Source: an uncultured Candidatus Saccharibacteria bacterium
GTDB lineage: Bacteria > Patescibacteriota > Minisyncoccia > UBA6257
Direction: 5' to 3'
DNA length: 64,000 bases
Assembly: GCA_964479005.1 (NCBI GenBank)
Contig: CAYZJA010000002.1
Location: 64,001 to 128,000, forward strand
Positions 35,099 through 46,242 of the stretch are shown here, in pieces. The number at the start of each line of letters is the position of its first letter. The stretch's first letter is position 1. The translations under genes and the position numbers were made by a program. A model generated the notes under the pieces. The model did not search any database and was not told the DNA's origin. It saw nothing but the letters and a program-made list of their open reading frames with translations.

Positions 35099-36412
35099 TT
35101 AATTATTATTAAACTCACATTTTCCTCCTGGTCCAAAAGTGTTTGTGAATTCACAGTCTCCAAGAGAAATACATTCGTCTTTATCGCAAACATTAAACAA
35201 ACCTATTCCACAGTTTTCACATTTAGATTCTAGTTCTATTTCTGGTTCTGTCTCTGGTTCTACTGGGCTGACGGGTGTTTCATCGTCTTCTGAGATACAA
35301 TAAGCAAAAGATTTACCTTCTGGGCTTGGGCTATTAATATTGCTTTTTCCAAAATCACAATGCCATCCATTCCCATAAATTTCTCCTGGCGGATTGAGTA
35401 ATTTACTTGGTTCTACGGCAAGACAGAAACCATCTTTTATCTTTTTTTCTATTCCACACTCAGCTGCTCCAGAAGCTTGATTACAGTTCTGATCCCACTC
35501 AGGGCACATAATTGGATATTCAATCCATTCTCCATCTAAATCGGGATATTTTTCTTCTATTTCATCTTTCTTCTCATTAATTTGTTCTTCAGGAGGAGTA
35601 TAATCAGGATCAATAATACAATCAATATATAAAGTGCCTGTTGGAGGGTAGCAAGGATTAATCTCTGAGCCAGTAGGGCTAGTATCTCCTACAAATTTAC
35701 AATATCGTCCTTTTCCATTGCTTATTATTTTATCTTCGGTTGTAATTGAATGTTCTCCTGGTTTGCATTTACTTCTATCTAATTTAAATCCATCTGCGCA
35801 TTCACGGGAGATTGTTATAGGTAAACACATTTGATTTGAATCACTAATAGTGTATTGTACAGCATTTTCCCATTCTTCTTCCTCATCAACTTCATCAACA
35901 TCCTCCTCATCAGGAATTACGTCTTCTTCTCCTTCGCTGGGAGTTGTACCGTCTTCAGGCAGATCAAGTATAGAGCCAGGTTCAGGGCATTCTATATGAA
36001 ACCAAGTTCCTGTATAATCATCACCACCCATTTGTTTGATTGTCCAAAATACAGTATTAACAATTATCCAAGCAGTCAAAATAATAATTAATCCTATAAT
36101 AGCATTTGTTATAATTTGTTGTCCAGCCTTAAGATTTTCTTCCTTACCAAGAGAGAATATCCAGCGAAATCCTCCATAGACAATAAATCCAATTATGATA
36201 AGAAAAGCCATTTCTAAGGCAAATTCTAAAACATTTTGCGTTAAGACCAATAAATCACAAGTAGTACAAGCCTGCTCACCAGGACCTCCACACGGAACCA
36301 ACCCAGCAGCGCTTGTTAAAGAAGGTGTAAAAAGCAGGAGAGTCAGGAGAGAAAAAACAATTAATTTATTATTTAATTTTGTATGTTTTATGTTCCGCGT
36401 TCCACGTTTCAT
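35099..36412 (-). CDS. pilin-module protein fused to a ~300-aa Cys-rich acidic extracellular domain (adhesin/tip-like)
   Basis: Signal peptide and 'AFLIIIGFIVYGGFRWIFSLGKEENLKAGQQIITNAIIGLIIILTAWII'. The C-terminal domain has more than 20 Cys and a poly-acidic stretch 'EDVDEVDEEEEWE'. Confidence 0.5.
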   Translation of the reverse strand: MKRGTRNIKHTKLNNKLIVFSLLTLLLFTPSLTSAAGLVPCGGPGEQACTTCDLLVLTQNVLEFALEMAFLIIIGFIVYGGFRWIFSLGKEENLKAGQQIITNAIIGLIIILTAWIIVNTVFWTIKQMGGDDYTGTWFHIECPEPGSILDLPEDGTTPSEGEEDVIPDEEDVDEVDEEEEWENAVQYTISDSNQMCLPITISRECADGFKLDRSKCKPGEHSITTEDKIISNGKGRYCKFVGDTSPTGSEINPCYPPTGTLYIDCIIDPDYTPPEEQINEKKDEIEEKYPDLDGEWIEYPIMCPEWDQNCNQASGAAECGIEKKIKDGFCLAVEPSKLLNPPGEIYGNGWHCDFGKSNINSPSPEGKSFAYCISEDDETPVSPVEPETEPEIELESKCENCGIGLFNVCDKDECISLGDCEFTNTFGPGGKCEFNNN

Positions 36413-36428
36413 GTTTCACGTTTTATGT

Positions 36429-37742
36429 TTATTGTTTTTTATTCCAAAAAAGATTAATTCTATCAGATGCGGTGATTATTGCTTGAATCGGGGATTTGCC
36501 TTTATGAGTAACATCTTCTATCATTTCTTTAAATATTTGATTAATTTCCTGAAAATTATATTGATGCCAATTTTGGCTTGTTAGAATTTGTCTTGTGAAT
36601 ATTCCACTAGCAGGTTCATTAACATAATTTTGAATTAAGTCTAATCTGGCAGGGGGGTTTTTTGTTTGAAGATAATAGAATTTAGCGGTATTCTGTTGCG
36701 CAAGAAATTTTAAAAACGTCCAACATACTTCAGGGGATTTTGAATTTTGAGAAACCACTAAACTCATTGTATCCCCATAATTTATCTTGTTGGAAGAATT
36801 GGCAGTAAATTGTGGCAGAGAAGCAATACCATAATTAAGATTAGGATTGTACTCTCTTATAATCTTTTGGGCTTGATTATATCCAATTAACATAGCAGTT
36901 TCCCCTTTACTAAAAGCAATTACCGAATCAGTAAAGTTATCATTCCAAGTATAGTAACGGGAACGAGAGTCACTAAATTGAGTATAAAATTTTAATGCTT
37001 CTTCGCAAGGCAAAATTTTTTTGCCATTGATCAATGAATCATATCTAAAAGTTGTTTGTTTTTTATCTATATCAACAATATTACCGCCATATTGCATTAT
37101 TAAAGCCGATATAATATCAAAATTCCATCGAACATTATAAGGAGATCCCAATGCGATTGCTGCTCGTGTAATCTGTCCTTGATTATTAATTCTGCGCAAA
37201 CGGGAAATTAAATTAAGAACTTCTTCCCATGTGGCAGGGGGGAGAGCAATATTATAATAGTTTAAAATATCCTGATTATAATAAAGGGCTAAACTATCAA
37301 CATATAAAGGAACACCAAGCAAATAGTCACCTTTTACCAATTCATTTTTTGCTATTTGAGGATAGGTTTGGTCTAAATCAAATAAGTTTAAATCTTTATC
37401 CTTTTTTAAGTCCAAATGGGAAATTTTATTTTGATAGTAAGGAAGATTGCTATTCCAAAGCATAAAGATATCTGGAGCTTGATTATCACTAAAAGCTTTT
37501 AGGAGATTTTCATGATAAGTGTCTTCGTCTTTTAATGTATAATTAATACGAGTGTAAGGATATTTCTTTTGAAAATTATCAATTATCGGTAAAAATGTTT
37601 TAGAATCATCCAATATCCCCCAAATTTCTAAACTAACAGGTGTTGGTCTGGTTCTCTGAAATCTTATTCCTAAAAAAATAATAGAAATAATAATTAAACC
37701 GGCGACTAATAGAATCTTTTTTTGGCGTGAAGTTAATGTCAT
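36429..37742 (-). CDS. extracellular solute-binding protein (ABC transporter, family 1-like)
   Basis: N-terminal TM anchor and ~430-aa periplasmic-binding-protein-like size and composition; weak motif support. Confidence 0.5.
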   Translation of the reverse strand: MTLTSRQKKILLVAGLIIISIIFLGIRFQRTRPTPVSLEIWGILDDSKTFLPIIDNFQKKYPYTRINYTLKDEDTYHENLLKAFSDNQAPDIFMLWNSNLPYYQNKISHLDLKKDKDLNLFDLDQTYPQIAKNELVKGDYLLGVPLYVDSLALYYNQDILNYYNIALPPATWEEVLNLISRLRRINNQGQITRAAIALGSPYNVRWNFDIISALIMQYGGNIVDIDKKQTTFRYDSLINGKKILPCEEALKFYTQFSDSRSRYYTWNDNFTDSVIAFSKGETAMLIGYNQAQKIIREYNPNLNYGIASLPQFTANSSNKINYGDTMSLVVSQNSKSPEVCWTFLKFLAQQNTAKFYYLQTKNPPARLDLIQNYVNEPASGIFTRQILTSQNWHQYNFQEINQIFKEMIEDVTHKGKSPIQAIITASDRINLFWNKKQ

Positions 37743-38278
37743 TTATCTACTAATTTTGTTAGAAATCCATAGTGAGTTAATCCTAAAGATAACTCTCTTT
37801 CTACTCGAAAACCAGATTTTTCCAGTAAATCAACGCTTTCGTCTTTGCTAATTGGATAAAGTTTTTTTTGCGAAGGTAATTTATCAGGATACCATTCTAT
37901 AAGGACTAAATAACCTTCCAATCTCAATACTCTTTTTGCCTCTTGAATTAAACTTTCTTTTTTCTCAATTTCAAAAAGGATATTGGATATTAAAACCAAG
38001 TCGCAAGAATCATTTGGCAAGTTGCTTCCCCGTGTATCTTCTAAATTTGCCCAACGGGGCTCTATAATATTAAAAAGCCCTTCTAATTTAGAACGGAATT
38101 CCAAAGCTTCTAATGAAGGCTTCCAGATGTCGAGAGCTATTACTCTCCCAGAAGGTTTTAAGCACTTAGCTATTGCTAAGCTAAAATATCCTGCGCCGCT
38201 GCCAAAATCAGCAACAGTCATCCCTTCTTTTAAAGGAAGGGTTTTAACTATTTCATCTGGATTAAGAAAAGAAGTCAT
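37739..38278 (-). CDS. class I SAM-dependent methyltransferase
   Basis: Motif I 'VADFGSGAGYFSLAIA' and motif II 'DLVLISNIL'. Confidence 0.7.
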   Translation of the reverse strand: MTSFLNPDEIVKTLPLKEGMTVADFGSGAGYFSLAIAKCLKPSGRVIALDIWKPSLEALEFRSKLEGLFNIIEPRWANLEDTRGSNLPNDSCDLVLISNILFEIEKKESLIQEAKRVLRLEGYLVLIEWYPDKLPSQKKLYPISKDESVDLLEKSGFRVERELSLGLTHYGFLTKLVDK

Positions 38279-38303
38279 AATATTTATATTATATCAAATT
38301 CTT

Positions 38304-40787
38304 TCACAATAGAGTAATTGCAGCAATTTTATCTCCTTGATCTAATCTCATAATTCTTACTCCTTGGGTTGAACGTCTTAAAATAGATATGCCGTTAAGA
38401 GGCGCTTTGAGGATTTGTCCTTTTTGGGAAACAGCAATTAAAGATTCTTCGCCTTCCACTAAACAGGATTTTATAAGATCCCCTGTTTTTGCTGTGATTT
38501 TCATTGTTTTTATTCCATGCCCTCCCCTTTTTTGTTTTCGATATTCTTTTAGGTTTGTTCTTTTTCCAAATCCATTCTCACTAATTACAAGAATTTGTTT
38601 TTTTGTTTTTTCTTCTTTAGTTTTGATAACAATTAAACTAATTACATTGTCGTTAATAGAAAGTTTTATTCCTATGACTCCGCTTGCTGAACGGCCGATT
38701 GCTCTGGCATCTTTTTCAGAAAAACGTATAGACTGGCCTTTATTAGTAGCTAAAATTATTTCGTCATTCTTATTACATAAAGCAGCGCCGATAAGCCTGT
38801 CATTTTTCATAAGTTTTAGGGCTATAATTCCTCCTTTGCGGATATTGTCATATTCTTTAAGCAAGCTTTTTTTAATGACACCTTTTTCCGTAGCCATTAA
38901 TAAGTAAGTGGAAGTAATTTCTGCTTGCTTTGAAGGATAATTTAACAAAACAATAATCTTTTCTTCAGGATTGAGATTTAGATAATTCTGAATAGTTTTT
39001 CCACGCGATGTACGGGAGGTTTCTGTAATTTCAAAAGCGCGCAATTTAAAAAGACGTCCTCGGTCAGTGAAGAACAAAATTGCATCCCTTGTATTACAAG
39101 AAACAAGATGGGTTAAAATATCTTCTTCATTTTTTGCTTCGTAAGCTGTAACTCCTTTTCCTCCTCTTTTTTGTCCCCGTAAAACATTTGGATTAAATCG
39201 CTTCACATATCCATTTTGGGAAAAGGCAATTAATGTTTCCTGCGATGGAATAAGTTGTTCTTCAGTAATGGCTTCAGGCAGATATGCCCGTACTTCTGTT
39301 CGTCGTTCATCCCCATATTTTTCTTTTAGTTTTTTAATCTCTTCTTTAATAATATTAGAAATTCTTTTTGGCTCTTTCAAAATCAATGTATATTCTTTTA
39401 TTAATTTTTGTTTTTCTGCTAATTCTTCTTCTAGTTTTTTTCTTTCCAATTTAGCCAGATTTTGAAGCCTCATTTCCAAAATAGCATTTGCCTGAACCTC
39501 ACTAAAATGATATTTAGCTATAAGTTTTTTTTGCGCGTCTTCTTTGTTTTCAGATGCTTTTATTAATTTGATAATATTATCAATATGATCTAAAGCTTTT
39601 GAAAGCCCTTCTAATATATGCCCTCTTTCTCTTGCCTTTTTGAGCAAATATTCAATGCGTCGCTTAACAATGTCTTTCCGGTGTGTAACATATTCTTCCA
39701 GGATGTCTTTTACTGAGAGAACTTGAGGCTGCAATCCGTTTTCTGTCAGAGCCAGCATATTTAAATGAAAATTCTTTTCTAGAGACGTAAATTTAAATAA
39801 TTGATTGAGAATTCTTTTTGGGATTACATTGCTTTTTAGTTCAATAACAACTCTGAGCCCTTCTTTATCAGATTCATCTCTAAGGTCTTTTATTCCTTCA
39901 ATTCTTTTTTCTTCCACCAAATGAGCGATATGAGTTATTAACTCAGCTTTATTTACTTGGTATGGGATTTCTGTAACAATTATCTTTTTTATTTTATCTT
40001 CTATGACTTCTGTTCTGGCTCGACAGATTATTTTGCCCTTTCCATTTGCATAAGCCTCCAAGATATTTTGTTTTCCAAAAATAATTCCTCCAGTTGGAAA
40101 ATCAGGGCCCTTAATAAAATTCATCAAATTTTCAACCGAAGCGTGTGAATGGTCTATTAAATATATGAGAGCATCTGCTACTTCTTTTAAGTTATGAGGA
40201 AGAATGTTTGTTGCCATTCCTACGGCAATACCCATAGTTCCATTTAGGATAAGCTGTGGTAATTTTGCTGGTAAATATTTAGGTTCTGTTCTTGTACCAT
40301 CATAATTAGATATAAAGTCTACGGTTTCTTTTTCTAAATCTTCTAACAATTCCTCGGCTAAAGGAGTTAATTTCACTTCAGTATATCTCATAGCAGCTGG
40401 AGGATCTCCATCAACGCTACCAAAATTTCCCTGCCCTTTGACTAAGGGATAACGCAATGAAAAATCTTGAGCCATTCTTACTAAGGCGTCATAAACAGCA
40501 ATGTCGCTATGCGGATGGTATTTTGCCAAGGTGTCTCCTACTACCGCAGCTGATTTTCTAGATTTTGAACCAGAACTTAAACCTAATTCATGCATAGCAA
40601 AAAGAATTCGTCTTTGCACTGGTTTAAGGCCATCTCTTACATCAGGTAATGCTCTGGAAATGATAATAGACATAGCATAATCCAAATAGGACTCTCTAAG
40701 TTCTTCAGCTATGTCTCTTGGTTGAATTGATTGGGCTTTTTCTTTTTTTTCTTCCTTTTTCTTTTTCATAGAATTCATATAAATCAA
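38304..40787 (-). CDS. gyrA: DNA gyrase subunit A
   Basis: '[28 protein letters not shown]' and an active-site Tyr region '[10 protein letters not shown]'. Confidence 0.9.
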   Translation of the reverse strand: MIYMNSMKKKKEEKKEKAQSIQPRDIAEELRESYLDYAMSIIISRALPDVRDGLKPVQRRILFAMHELGLSSGSKSRKSAAVVGDTLAKYHPHSDIAVYDALVRMAQDFSLRYPLVKGQGNFGSVDGDPPAAMRYTEVKLTPLAEELLEDLEKETVDFISNYDGTRTEPKYLPAKLPQLILNGTMGIAVGMATNILPHNLKEVADALIYLIDHSHASVENLMNFIKGPDFPTGGIIFGKQNILEAYANGKGKIICRARTEVIEDKIKKIIVTEIPYQVNKAELITHIAHLVEEKRIEGIKDLRDESDKEGLRVVIELKSNVIPKRILNQLFKFTSLEKNFHLNMLALTENGLQPQVLSVKDILEEYVTHRKDIVKRRIEYLLKKARERGHILEGLSKALDHIDNIIKLIKASENKEDAQKKLIAKYHFSEVQANAILEMRLQNLAKLERKKLEEELAEKQKLIKEYTLILKEPKRISNIIKEEIKKLKEKYGDERRTEVRAYLPEAITEEQLIPSQETLIAFSQNGYVKRFNPNVLRGQKRGGKGVTAYEAKNEEDILTHLVSCNTRDAILFFTDRGRLFKLRAFEITETSRTSRGKTIQNYLNLNPEEKIIVLLNYPSKQAEITSTYLLMATEKGVIKKSLLKEYDNIRKGGIIALKLMKNDRLIGAALCNKNDEIILATNKGQSIRFSEKDARAIGRSASGVIGIKLSINDNVISLIVIKTKEEKTKKQILVISENGFGKRTNLKEYRKQKRGGHGIKTMKITAKTGDLIKSCLVEGEESLIAVSQKGQILKAPLNGISILRRSTQGVRIMRLDQGDKIAAITLL

Positions 40788-40806
40788 CGAATTCCGAACC
40801 TAAAAT

Positions 40807-41415
40807 TTACTGTTTATTTAATACTATTAATTTTGTTTCTCCTGGTAAATTATTTTTTCTAATAACTAATTTATCTAAAACTTCCGTTTTTTTGCTTATG
40901 GCTTTAAGGAATTTATCAAGCGAGTCTAATTTAATTTTTAAATTAGGCAAAGCATAATGCATAGGAATAATTATTTTCGGTTCTATTTGATTAATTAGAG
41001 AAATTGCTTCTTCGTAATTTATAGTATCATGTCCTCCTATGGGAACAAGGAGAATATCAACATTCGCAACTTTCTCTAAGAGTTCTTCTTTTAAATTCTT
41101 TTTCTCCAAATTTCCTAAATGACAAAGCGTTACGCCTTCTGATTTTATAAGATAAATTGTATTGGATTTTTGCGTTATTCCTTCAATAAAAATTCCTTTT
41201 GTTTCTATTTCCCCGGACCCTTCAAGTGTTAAGGGATCGCCCATAATAACACTTTTATTATTGTGGTTTTCTTGTTGTTGAGTAATGAGAAGAATGTCGC
41301 ATTTAAATCGCGGAGGTTTTAAGCCAGTTGTTAATTTAGAATAAGGATCAATAGCAATAATTTTATTTTTGCTGTCAATGCGAAAATAGGAATGACCGAA
41401 CCATTGAATAATCAT
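40807..41415 (-). CDS. MBL-fold metal-dependent hydrolase (UPF0173-like)
   Basis: 'MIIQWFGHSYFRI' N-terminus typical of the YtkL/UPF0173 family; His/Asp ligands. Confidence 0.6.
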   Translation of the reverse strand: MIIQWFGHSYFRIDSKNKIIAIDPYSKLTTGLKPPRFKCDILLITQQQENHNNKSVIMGDPLTLEGSGEIETKGIFIEGITQKSNTIYLIKSEGVTLCHLGNLEKKNLKEELLEKVANVDILLVPIGGHDTINYEEAISLINQIEPKIIIPMHYALPNLKIKLDSLDKFLKAISKKTEVLDKLVIRKNNLPGETKLIVLNKQ

Positions 41416-41443
41416 AATATTTTTATTTTAGCATAAATATAGC

Positions 41444-42229
41444 TCAATTCAATTTTTTAAACACTCGAATACTAAGGAACGTTATAGCAATATTAAAAGC
41501 AAGAAGAAAAAGGATACATACAGGCAAAGAATGCGTAGTCATAAGTAAAATTTCTTCATTATTTAAGGACTTGGAAAGAACAACCCAGCGCAGAGCATCT
41601 ACACTATAAGCCAAGGGATTATAATTAGCCATTGTTGCCATCCAAGAGGGAACATTTTTTAGAGGGAAAAAAGCCCCAGACAAAAAAGCCATTGGTGCGA
41701 TAATTATTTGGGAGAGAATAGAAAAACTTTCCATTTTTTTTAAACGGGAAGCGAAAAAAATTCCCAAAGCGGCCATTCCATAGCCAATTAGAAAAATAAC
41801 AAGAACAATTTTTATAAATGAAGGTATGCCAATATTAATACCCAAATAGGGCATTATGAGTAGAATAAGAACACCTTGCAAAAGTGCGGTTGTAGTTGCC
41901 CCTAAGATTTTTCCTAAAGCAATATATGATCTACTAATGGGAGAAACCAGGATTTCTTTTAAAAATCCGAATTCTCTATCCCAAACAATAGACATAGTGG
42001 ACGAAATGGCCATAATGCTAACGCTTAAACCTAATATTCCAGGAAAAAAGAATTGCACAAAATCATAATGTAAAACGGGTGTAGGAAATATTGCTTTTAA
42101 TCCGGTACCAAAGAATATTAAAATTAGAAGGGGTAAAAATATAGAAGTAAAGAATTTCAAAGAATTGCGTAAATAAATGAGCACTTCTCTATACCAGATC
42201 ACATAAAGAGTTTGTAATTTTTTATTCAT
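41444..42229 (-). CDS. ABC-2 type transporter permease
   Basis: Six TM helices; overlaps the upstream ATPase gene by 8 nt. Confidence 0.7.
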   Translation of the reverse strand: MNKKLQTLYVIWYREVLIYLRNSLKFFTSIFLPLLILIFFGTGLKAIFPTPVLHYDFVQFFFPGILGLSVSIMAISSTMSIVWDREFGFLKEILVSPISRSYIALGKILGATTTALLQGVLILLIMPYLGINIGIPSFIKIVLVIFLIGYGMAALGIFFASRLKKMESFSILSQIIIAPMAFLSGAFFPLKNVPSWMATMANYNPLAYSVDALRWVVLSKSLNNEEILLMTTHSLPVCILFLLAFNIAITFLSIRVFKKLN

Positions 42230-43322
42230 CGTTTTTCTGTTTTTGGTTTTTTTCTTCTACTCCTGGCGAATTAAAAAGAGTAAATAAAGAAGATATATCA
42301 AATCCTTGATTTTCCTCTTCTTCTAATTTTCCATTAATTTCTTCTCTTATTTTTCTACCCGTAATTTCCAAAAAGACATCTTCTAAAGTAGGCTGTCTTA
42401 ATTGCATTGAAGTGATATGAGGGCTAATAGCCTTTACTAATATTGGCAAGAACTTATTACCATTATCTATTTCAATTCTTAATTCTTTGCCAACCCATTT
42501 AATTGGATATTTAGGAAATTTTTTTCGGAATTCTTTCTCAGCTTGCTTATTATTTTCAGTTTTAAAAATAATGATATCACCACCGATCATCCTTTTTAAA
42601 TTCTTTGGAGTATCAATAGCTACAATTTTCCCGTGGTCTATAATAGCGATTCTGTCGCATCTTTCCGCCTCATTTAGATATTGGGTGGTTAAAAAAATGG
42701 TTGTATTTTTTTTATTCCTTACAGTAAAGATATAATCCCAGATTTTTTTTCGTGTTTGCGGGTCTAATCCAATAGTTGGTTCATCCAAAAACAGAATTTG
42801 AGGCCAATGTATCAAAGCCCGGACAAGTTCTAACCTTCTTTTCATGCCGCCGGAGAATGTTTCAACTTTCATTTTTCTTTTACTCCAAAGTTCGCATAGC
42901 TTTAAGACCTCTCTTTTCCTTTGGATGAAGTCTTTTTTAGAAATTCCGTAAAGCATGGCATGGAGATAAAGATTTTCTTCGGCAGTTAAATGATTATCCA
43001 GGGTAGTATCCTGAAAAACCAAGCCTATAGATTTTCTTACAGAATCAGGTTCGTTTACTGCATGATAACCATTCACATATGCTAATCCAGAATCAGGCAA
43101 AGCAAGTGTGCAGAGAATGTTAATCGTTGTGGTTTTACCCGCTCCATTAGGGCCCAAGAAACCAAAAACTTCACCTCTTTTTACAGAAAAAGAAATCCCG
43201 TCAAGGGCTGTTATATGTTTATATCTTTTTTTGAGATTTTTTACTTGGATAACCTCAAGGATATTGTTTTGCTTTTCTTCAATTTGTTCGGATTTTTCTG
43301 ATAAATCCTTCATAAAGTTCAA
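42222..43322 (-). CDS. ABC transporter ATP-binding protein
   Basis: Walker A 'GPNGAGKTTT', signature 'FSGGMKRRL' and Walker B 'ILFLDEPT'. Confidence 0.85.
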   Translation of the reverse strand: MNFMKDLSEKSEQIEEKQNNILEVIQVKNLKKRYKHITALDGISFSVKRGEVFGFLGPNGAGKTTTINILCTLALPDSGLAYVNGYHAVNEPDSVRKSIGLVFQDTTLDNHLTAEENLYLHAMLYGISKKDFIQRKREVLKLCELWSKRKMKVETFSGGMKRRLELVRALIHWPQILFLDEPTIGLDPQTRKKIWDYIFTVRNKKNTTIFLTTQYLNEAERCDRIAIIDHGKIVAIDTPKNLKRMIGGDIIIFKTENNKQAEKEFRKKFPKYPIKWVGKELRIEIDNGNKFLPILVKAISPHITSMQLRQPTLEDVFLEITGRKIREEINGKLEEEENQGFDISSLFTLFNSPGVEEKNQKQKNDE

Positions 43323-43343
43323 TTAAAAATATTTTTGATATTT

Positions 43344-44354
43344 TCAGATTAACCCCATTTTTTCTTTTACCTCTTTGAGTGTTTGTTTGGCAATTTGAGA
43401 CGCATATTTTTTTCCTTGTTTTAAAATTTCATCTACTATTTCAGGTTGCTCTTCATAATATTTTCTTTTTTTCTGGATTGGTTTTAATTCTTTATATATC
43501 GCTTCAGCAAGTTGATCTTTTAATCCTTTATATTTAATTCCTGAGCTAAGATAAAGTTTTTTATAAACTTTCTTTTTTTCCTTGCTTTCAAACAGTTCTA
43601 TTAACATCAATAAAACGGCCACGCCTCCTTTTTCTGGTATTTTTTTGCCTTTTCCTGAATCTGTTGGAACTTTTGCCAGCTTTTTCTTGATAGTAAGCAG
43701 ATCGTCAATTAGATTAATATAGCTGTCTGACTTTGATTTTGACATTTTTCCTTCACCAGTTAAAGAAGGGATATAAGGAAATGGCATAAGATATGTTTGA
43801 GGTTCAGGAAATGTTTGGCCAAAATGACGGTTGAAAGCTCGCGCAATTTCACGTGTTACCTCTAAATGAGGCGCTTGATCTTTGCCAACTGGAACAAATC
43901 GAGCTTTATACAAAAGAATATCTGCCGCCATAAGAATTGGATAATAAAAAAGCCCCATATTAATATATTTTGGCTGTTCTTTTTTTTTATCTTTGTATGT
44001 TGGTAATTGCTCTAAGCGGGATACAGGATAAATCGTTCCTAATAAATAGGCTAATTCTACATGTTCTGGAATTTGGGATTGGATTATTAAGTGGCATTTT
44101 TTAGGATCTAAACCGCATGCTAAATATTCTAAAACTACTTCCCGAATATTACCTTGAAGAGTTTTTGCGTTATATGGGGAAGTAATACCATGAAGGTCTA
44201 CAACTGCGTAGATACAATCATAATTCTTTTTGTTTTGGAGCTCAATATACCCCTTTAAACCGCCTAAATAATTACCCAAATGAAGAAAACCAGTAGGTCT
44301 GCTGCCGGAAAAGATTCGAGTTTTTAAATTGTCTTTTTTCACTTTTTTATTCAT
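43344..44354 (-). CDS. trpS: tryptophanyl-tRNA synthetase
   Basis: 'SGSRPTGFLHLGNY' (class I HIGH-type) and 'KMSKSK'; ~330 aa. Confidence 0.8.
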   Translation of the reverse strand: MNKKVKKDNLKTRIFSGSRPTGFLHLGNYLGGLKGYIELQNKKNYDCIYAVVDLHGITSPYNAKTLQGNIREVVLEYLACGLDPKKCHLIIQSQIPEHVELAYLLGTIYPVSRLEQLPTYKDKKKEQPKYINMGLFYYPILMAADILLYKARFVPVGKDQAPHLEVTREIARAFNRHFGQTFPEPQTYLMPFPYIPSLTGEGKMSKSKSDSYINLIDDLLTIKKKLAKVPTDSGKGKKIPEKGGVAVLLMLIELFESKEKKKVYKKLYLSSGIKYKGLKDQLAEAIYKELKPIQKKRKYYEEQPEIVDEILKQGKKYASQIAKQTLKEVKEKMGLI

Positions 44355-44359
44355 AGATT

Positions 44360-44433
44360 TGGAGCGGGTAACGGGGATCGAACCCGTGCCTGAATCTTGG
44401 AAGGATTCTATACTACCACTATACTATACCCGC
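44360..44433 (-). tRNA. tRNA-Gly(TCC), CCA encoded
   Basis: Acceptor GCGGGTA/TACCCGC, loop CTTCCAA, T-arm CGGG-TTCGATC-CCCG. Confidence 0.85.
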
Positions 44434-44511
44434 AAGTAAACAAAAGAGATCTTTAAAGACCTCTCTTTATTTTAACTCTTATTTTTCCAAAAATCAATCC
44501 TTTTTTTATCC

Positions 44512-46242
44512 CTATATCTCTTTTAATGCTTGTATTCCTAATATTTCTAATCCTTTTTCAAGGACACTAGTGATTGTCTTTAGAAGAACAAGTTGGGCGT
44601 TTTGTCTGGCTTTATTTTTTTCTTTTAACACAGGTATAGCTTCATAATATTTGTTAGTTAAATCCGCCAATGATAAAAGGTAAGTAGCTAAATTGTTTGA
44701 TGAATATTTTTCAGCGCTGGTTTGAATTATTTCCGGAAATTCAGATAATTTTTTAATGAGATAAATTTCCAATTCATTGGTTAATAATTTGCAATCATAT
44801 TTTCCGATTTTTTTGGCTTTAGTAAGAATTTTATTTATACGGGCATAGGCATATTGAAGATAAACACTGGTATCTCCTGAAAAATCAAGCATTTTTTTCC
44901 AATCAAAAACAATATCAGAAGCGCGAAATGATTTTAAATCATTAAATTTTAAAGCCCCAACTGCAATTGTTTGGGCTAATTCTTTTTGTTTTGGCAGTGA
45001 CCATTGGGATTTTTTCTCTTTAATTATTTCCAATGATTTTTCAATTATCTGATTAATAACCTGTTCAAGAGGGATAATTTCTCCTTCTCTAGTAGAGAAC
45101 TTTTTCTTTTTTTCTGACAATATCAAGCCAAATTTAATATGAACCAATTCGGTTTTTTCTTTTGGAAAAATAATTTTTGATAGAGTAAAAAGTTGTTTAA
45201 AATGAACGTCTTGTTCATTGCCAACAACATAAAGAATTTTTGCAGGATGGTATTTTTTGAAACGGTATTTTAGCAAAGCCAGATCGCGAGTAAGATATAA
45301 GCTTGCTTTGTCTGATTTTTGAATTAAGGCAGAAGGAAGATTAAATTTTTCTAAAGGAACAATAAGCGCTCCTTTGCTTTTTTGCGCCAAATTCTTTTTT
45401 TTCAAAAGATTCACTAATGGAATCAAATCTTTTTCAAGAAAGCTCTCGCCTAAAAGAAGGTCAAACTTAATATCCAAAAGTTTATATATTTTTTGAAAAT
45501 CTTTAATTGATTCTTTTTTAAACCACAGCCATAATTCTTTGTTTTCTTTATCACCTTTTTCTAATTTTTTGAATTCTTCCTGTCCTAATTTTTCTAAATC
45601 CGGATTATTTTTTATCTCCCCATGGAATTTTATATATAAAGCAAGAAGAGTAGGAATAGGATTTTTTTCTATTTCTTTTTTCCGCCCCCAAAGCTTATAA
45701 GCGGCAATTAATTTTCCAAATTGAGTACCCCAATCGCCAAGATAATTCCAGCGAATCACTTTATAGCCCAATGTCTCATATAAATTAGCCAATGTTTCAC
45801 CAATGATTGTGGAACGTAAATGCCCAATATGCATTGGTTTGGCAATATTAGGTGAGGAATAATCAATTATTATCGTTTTGTTTTTACCTATTTTTGAAAG
45901 TCCAAATTTTGTTTTTTGTTTATATATGGTTTCTAATTCTTTTTGGATAAATTCTTTATTAACGAAAAAATTAATAAAACCATTTTTAGCTAATTCTACT
46001 TTTGTTATTTCTTTTGGCAATTTTTGCTGCATCTCGTCTATTAAAATTTGGGCTATTTCAAAAGGAGATTTTTTAACATCTTTGCTAATGGAAAAGGCTA
46101 TAGTTGTACTGTAGTCTCCATATTGCTCGTTTTTTGGTATTTCTAACGAAACATCAGGAATAGAAGAAAGAGGCCATTTATTTTTTATGGCTGTTTTTTC
46201 GCATGATTTTTGAACGAAGTTTTTGATTGTTTGTTTTAGCAT
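44512..46242 (-). CDS. argS: arginyl-tRNA synthetase
   Basis: 'SSPNIAKPMHIGHLRSTIIGETLANLYE' (HIGH) and the class I ArgS anticodon-binding C-terminus. Confidence 0.85.
   Translation of the reverse strand: MLKQTIKNFVQKSCEKTAIKNKWPLSSIPDVSLEIPKNEQYGDYSTTIAFSISKDVKKSPFEIAQILIDEMQQKLPKEITKVELAKNGFINFFVNKEFIQKELETIYKQKTKFGLSKIGKNKTIIIDYSSPNIAKPMHIGHLRSTIIGETLANLYETLGYKVIRWNYLGDWGTQFGKLIAAYKLWGRKKEIEKNPIPTLLALYIKFHGEIKNNPDLEKLGQEEFKKLEKGDKENKELWLWFKKESIKDFQKIYKLLDIKFDLLLGESFLEKDLIPLVNLLKKKNLAQKSKGALIVPLEKFNLPSALIQKSDKASLYLTRDLALLKYRFKKYHPAKILYVVGNEQDVHFKQLFTLSKIIFPKEKTELVHIKFGLILSEKKKKFSTREGEIIPLEQVINQIIEKSLEIIKEKKSQWSLPKQKELAQTIAVGALKFNDLKSFRASDIVFDWKKMLDFSGDTSVYLQYAYARINKILTKAKKIGKYDCKLLTNELEIYLIKKLSEFPEIIQTSAEKYSSNNLATYLLSLADLTNKYYEAIPVLKEKNKARQNAQLVLLKTITSVLEKGLEILGIQALKEI

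Noticed and set aside
36366-36430. Short tandem 'AAACGTGRAAC / ACATAAAAC' repeats
   Set aside because: They span the start codon and first codons (MKRGTRNIKHTKL) of the pilin-module gene 35099-36412, so they are local low-complexity sequence rather than a discrete element.
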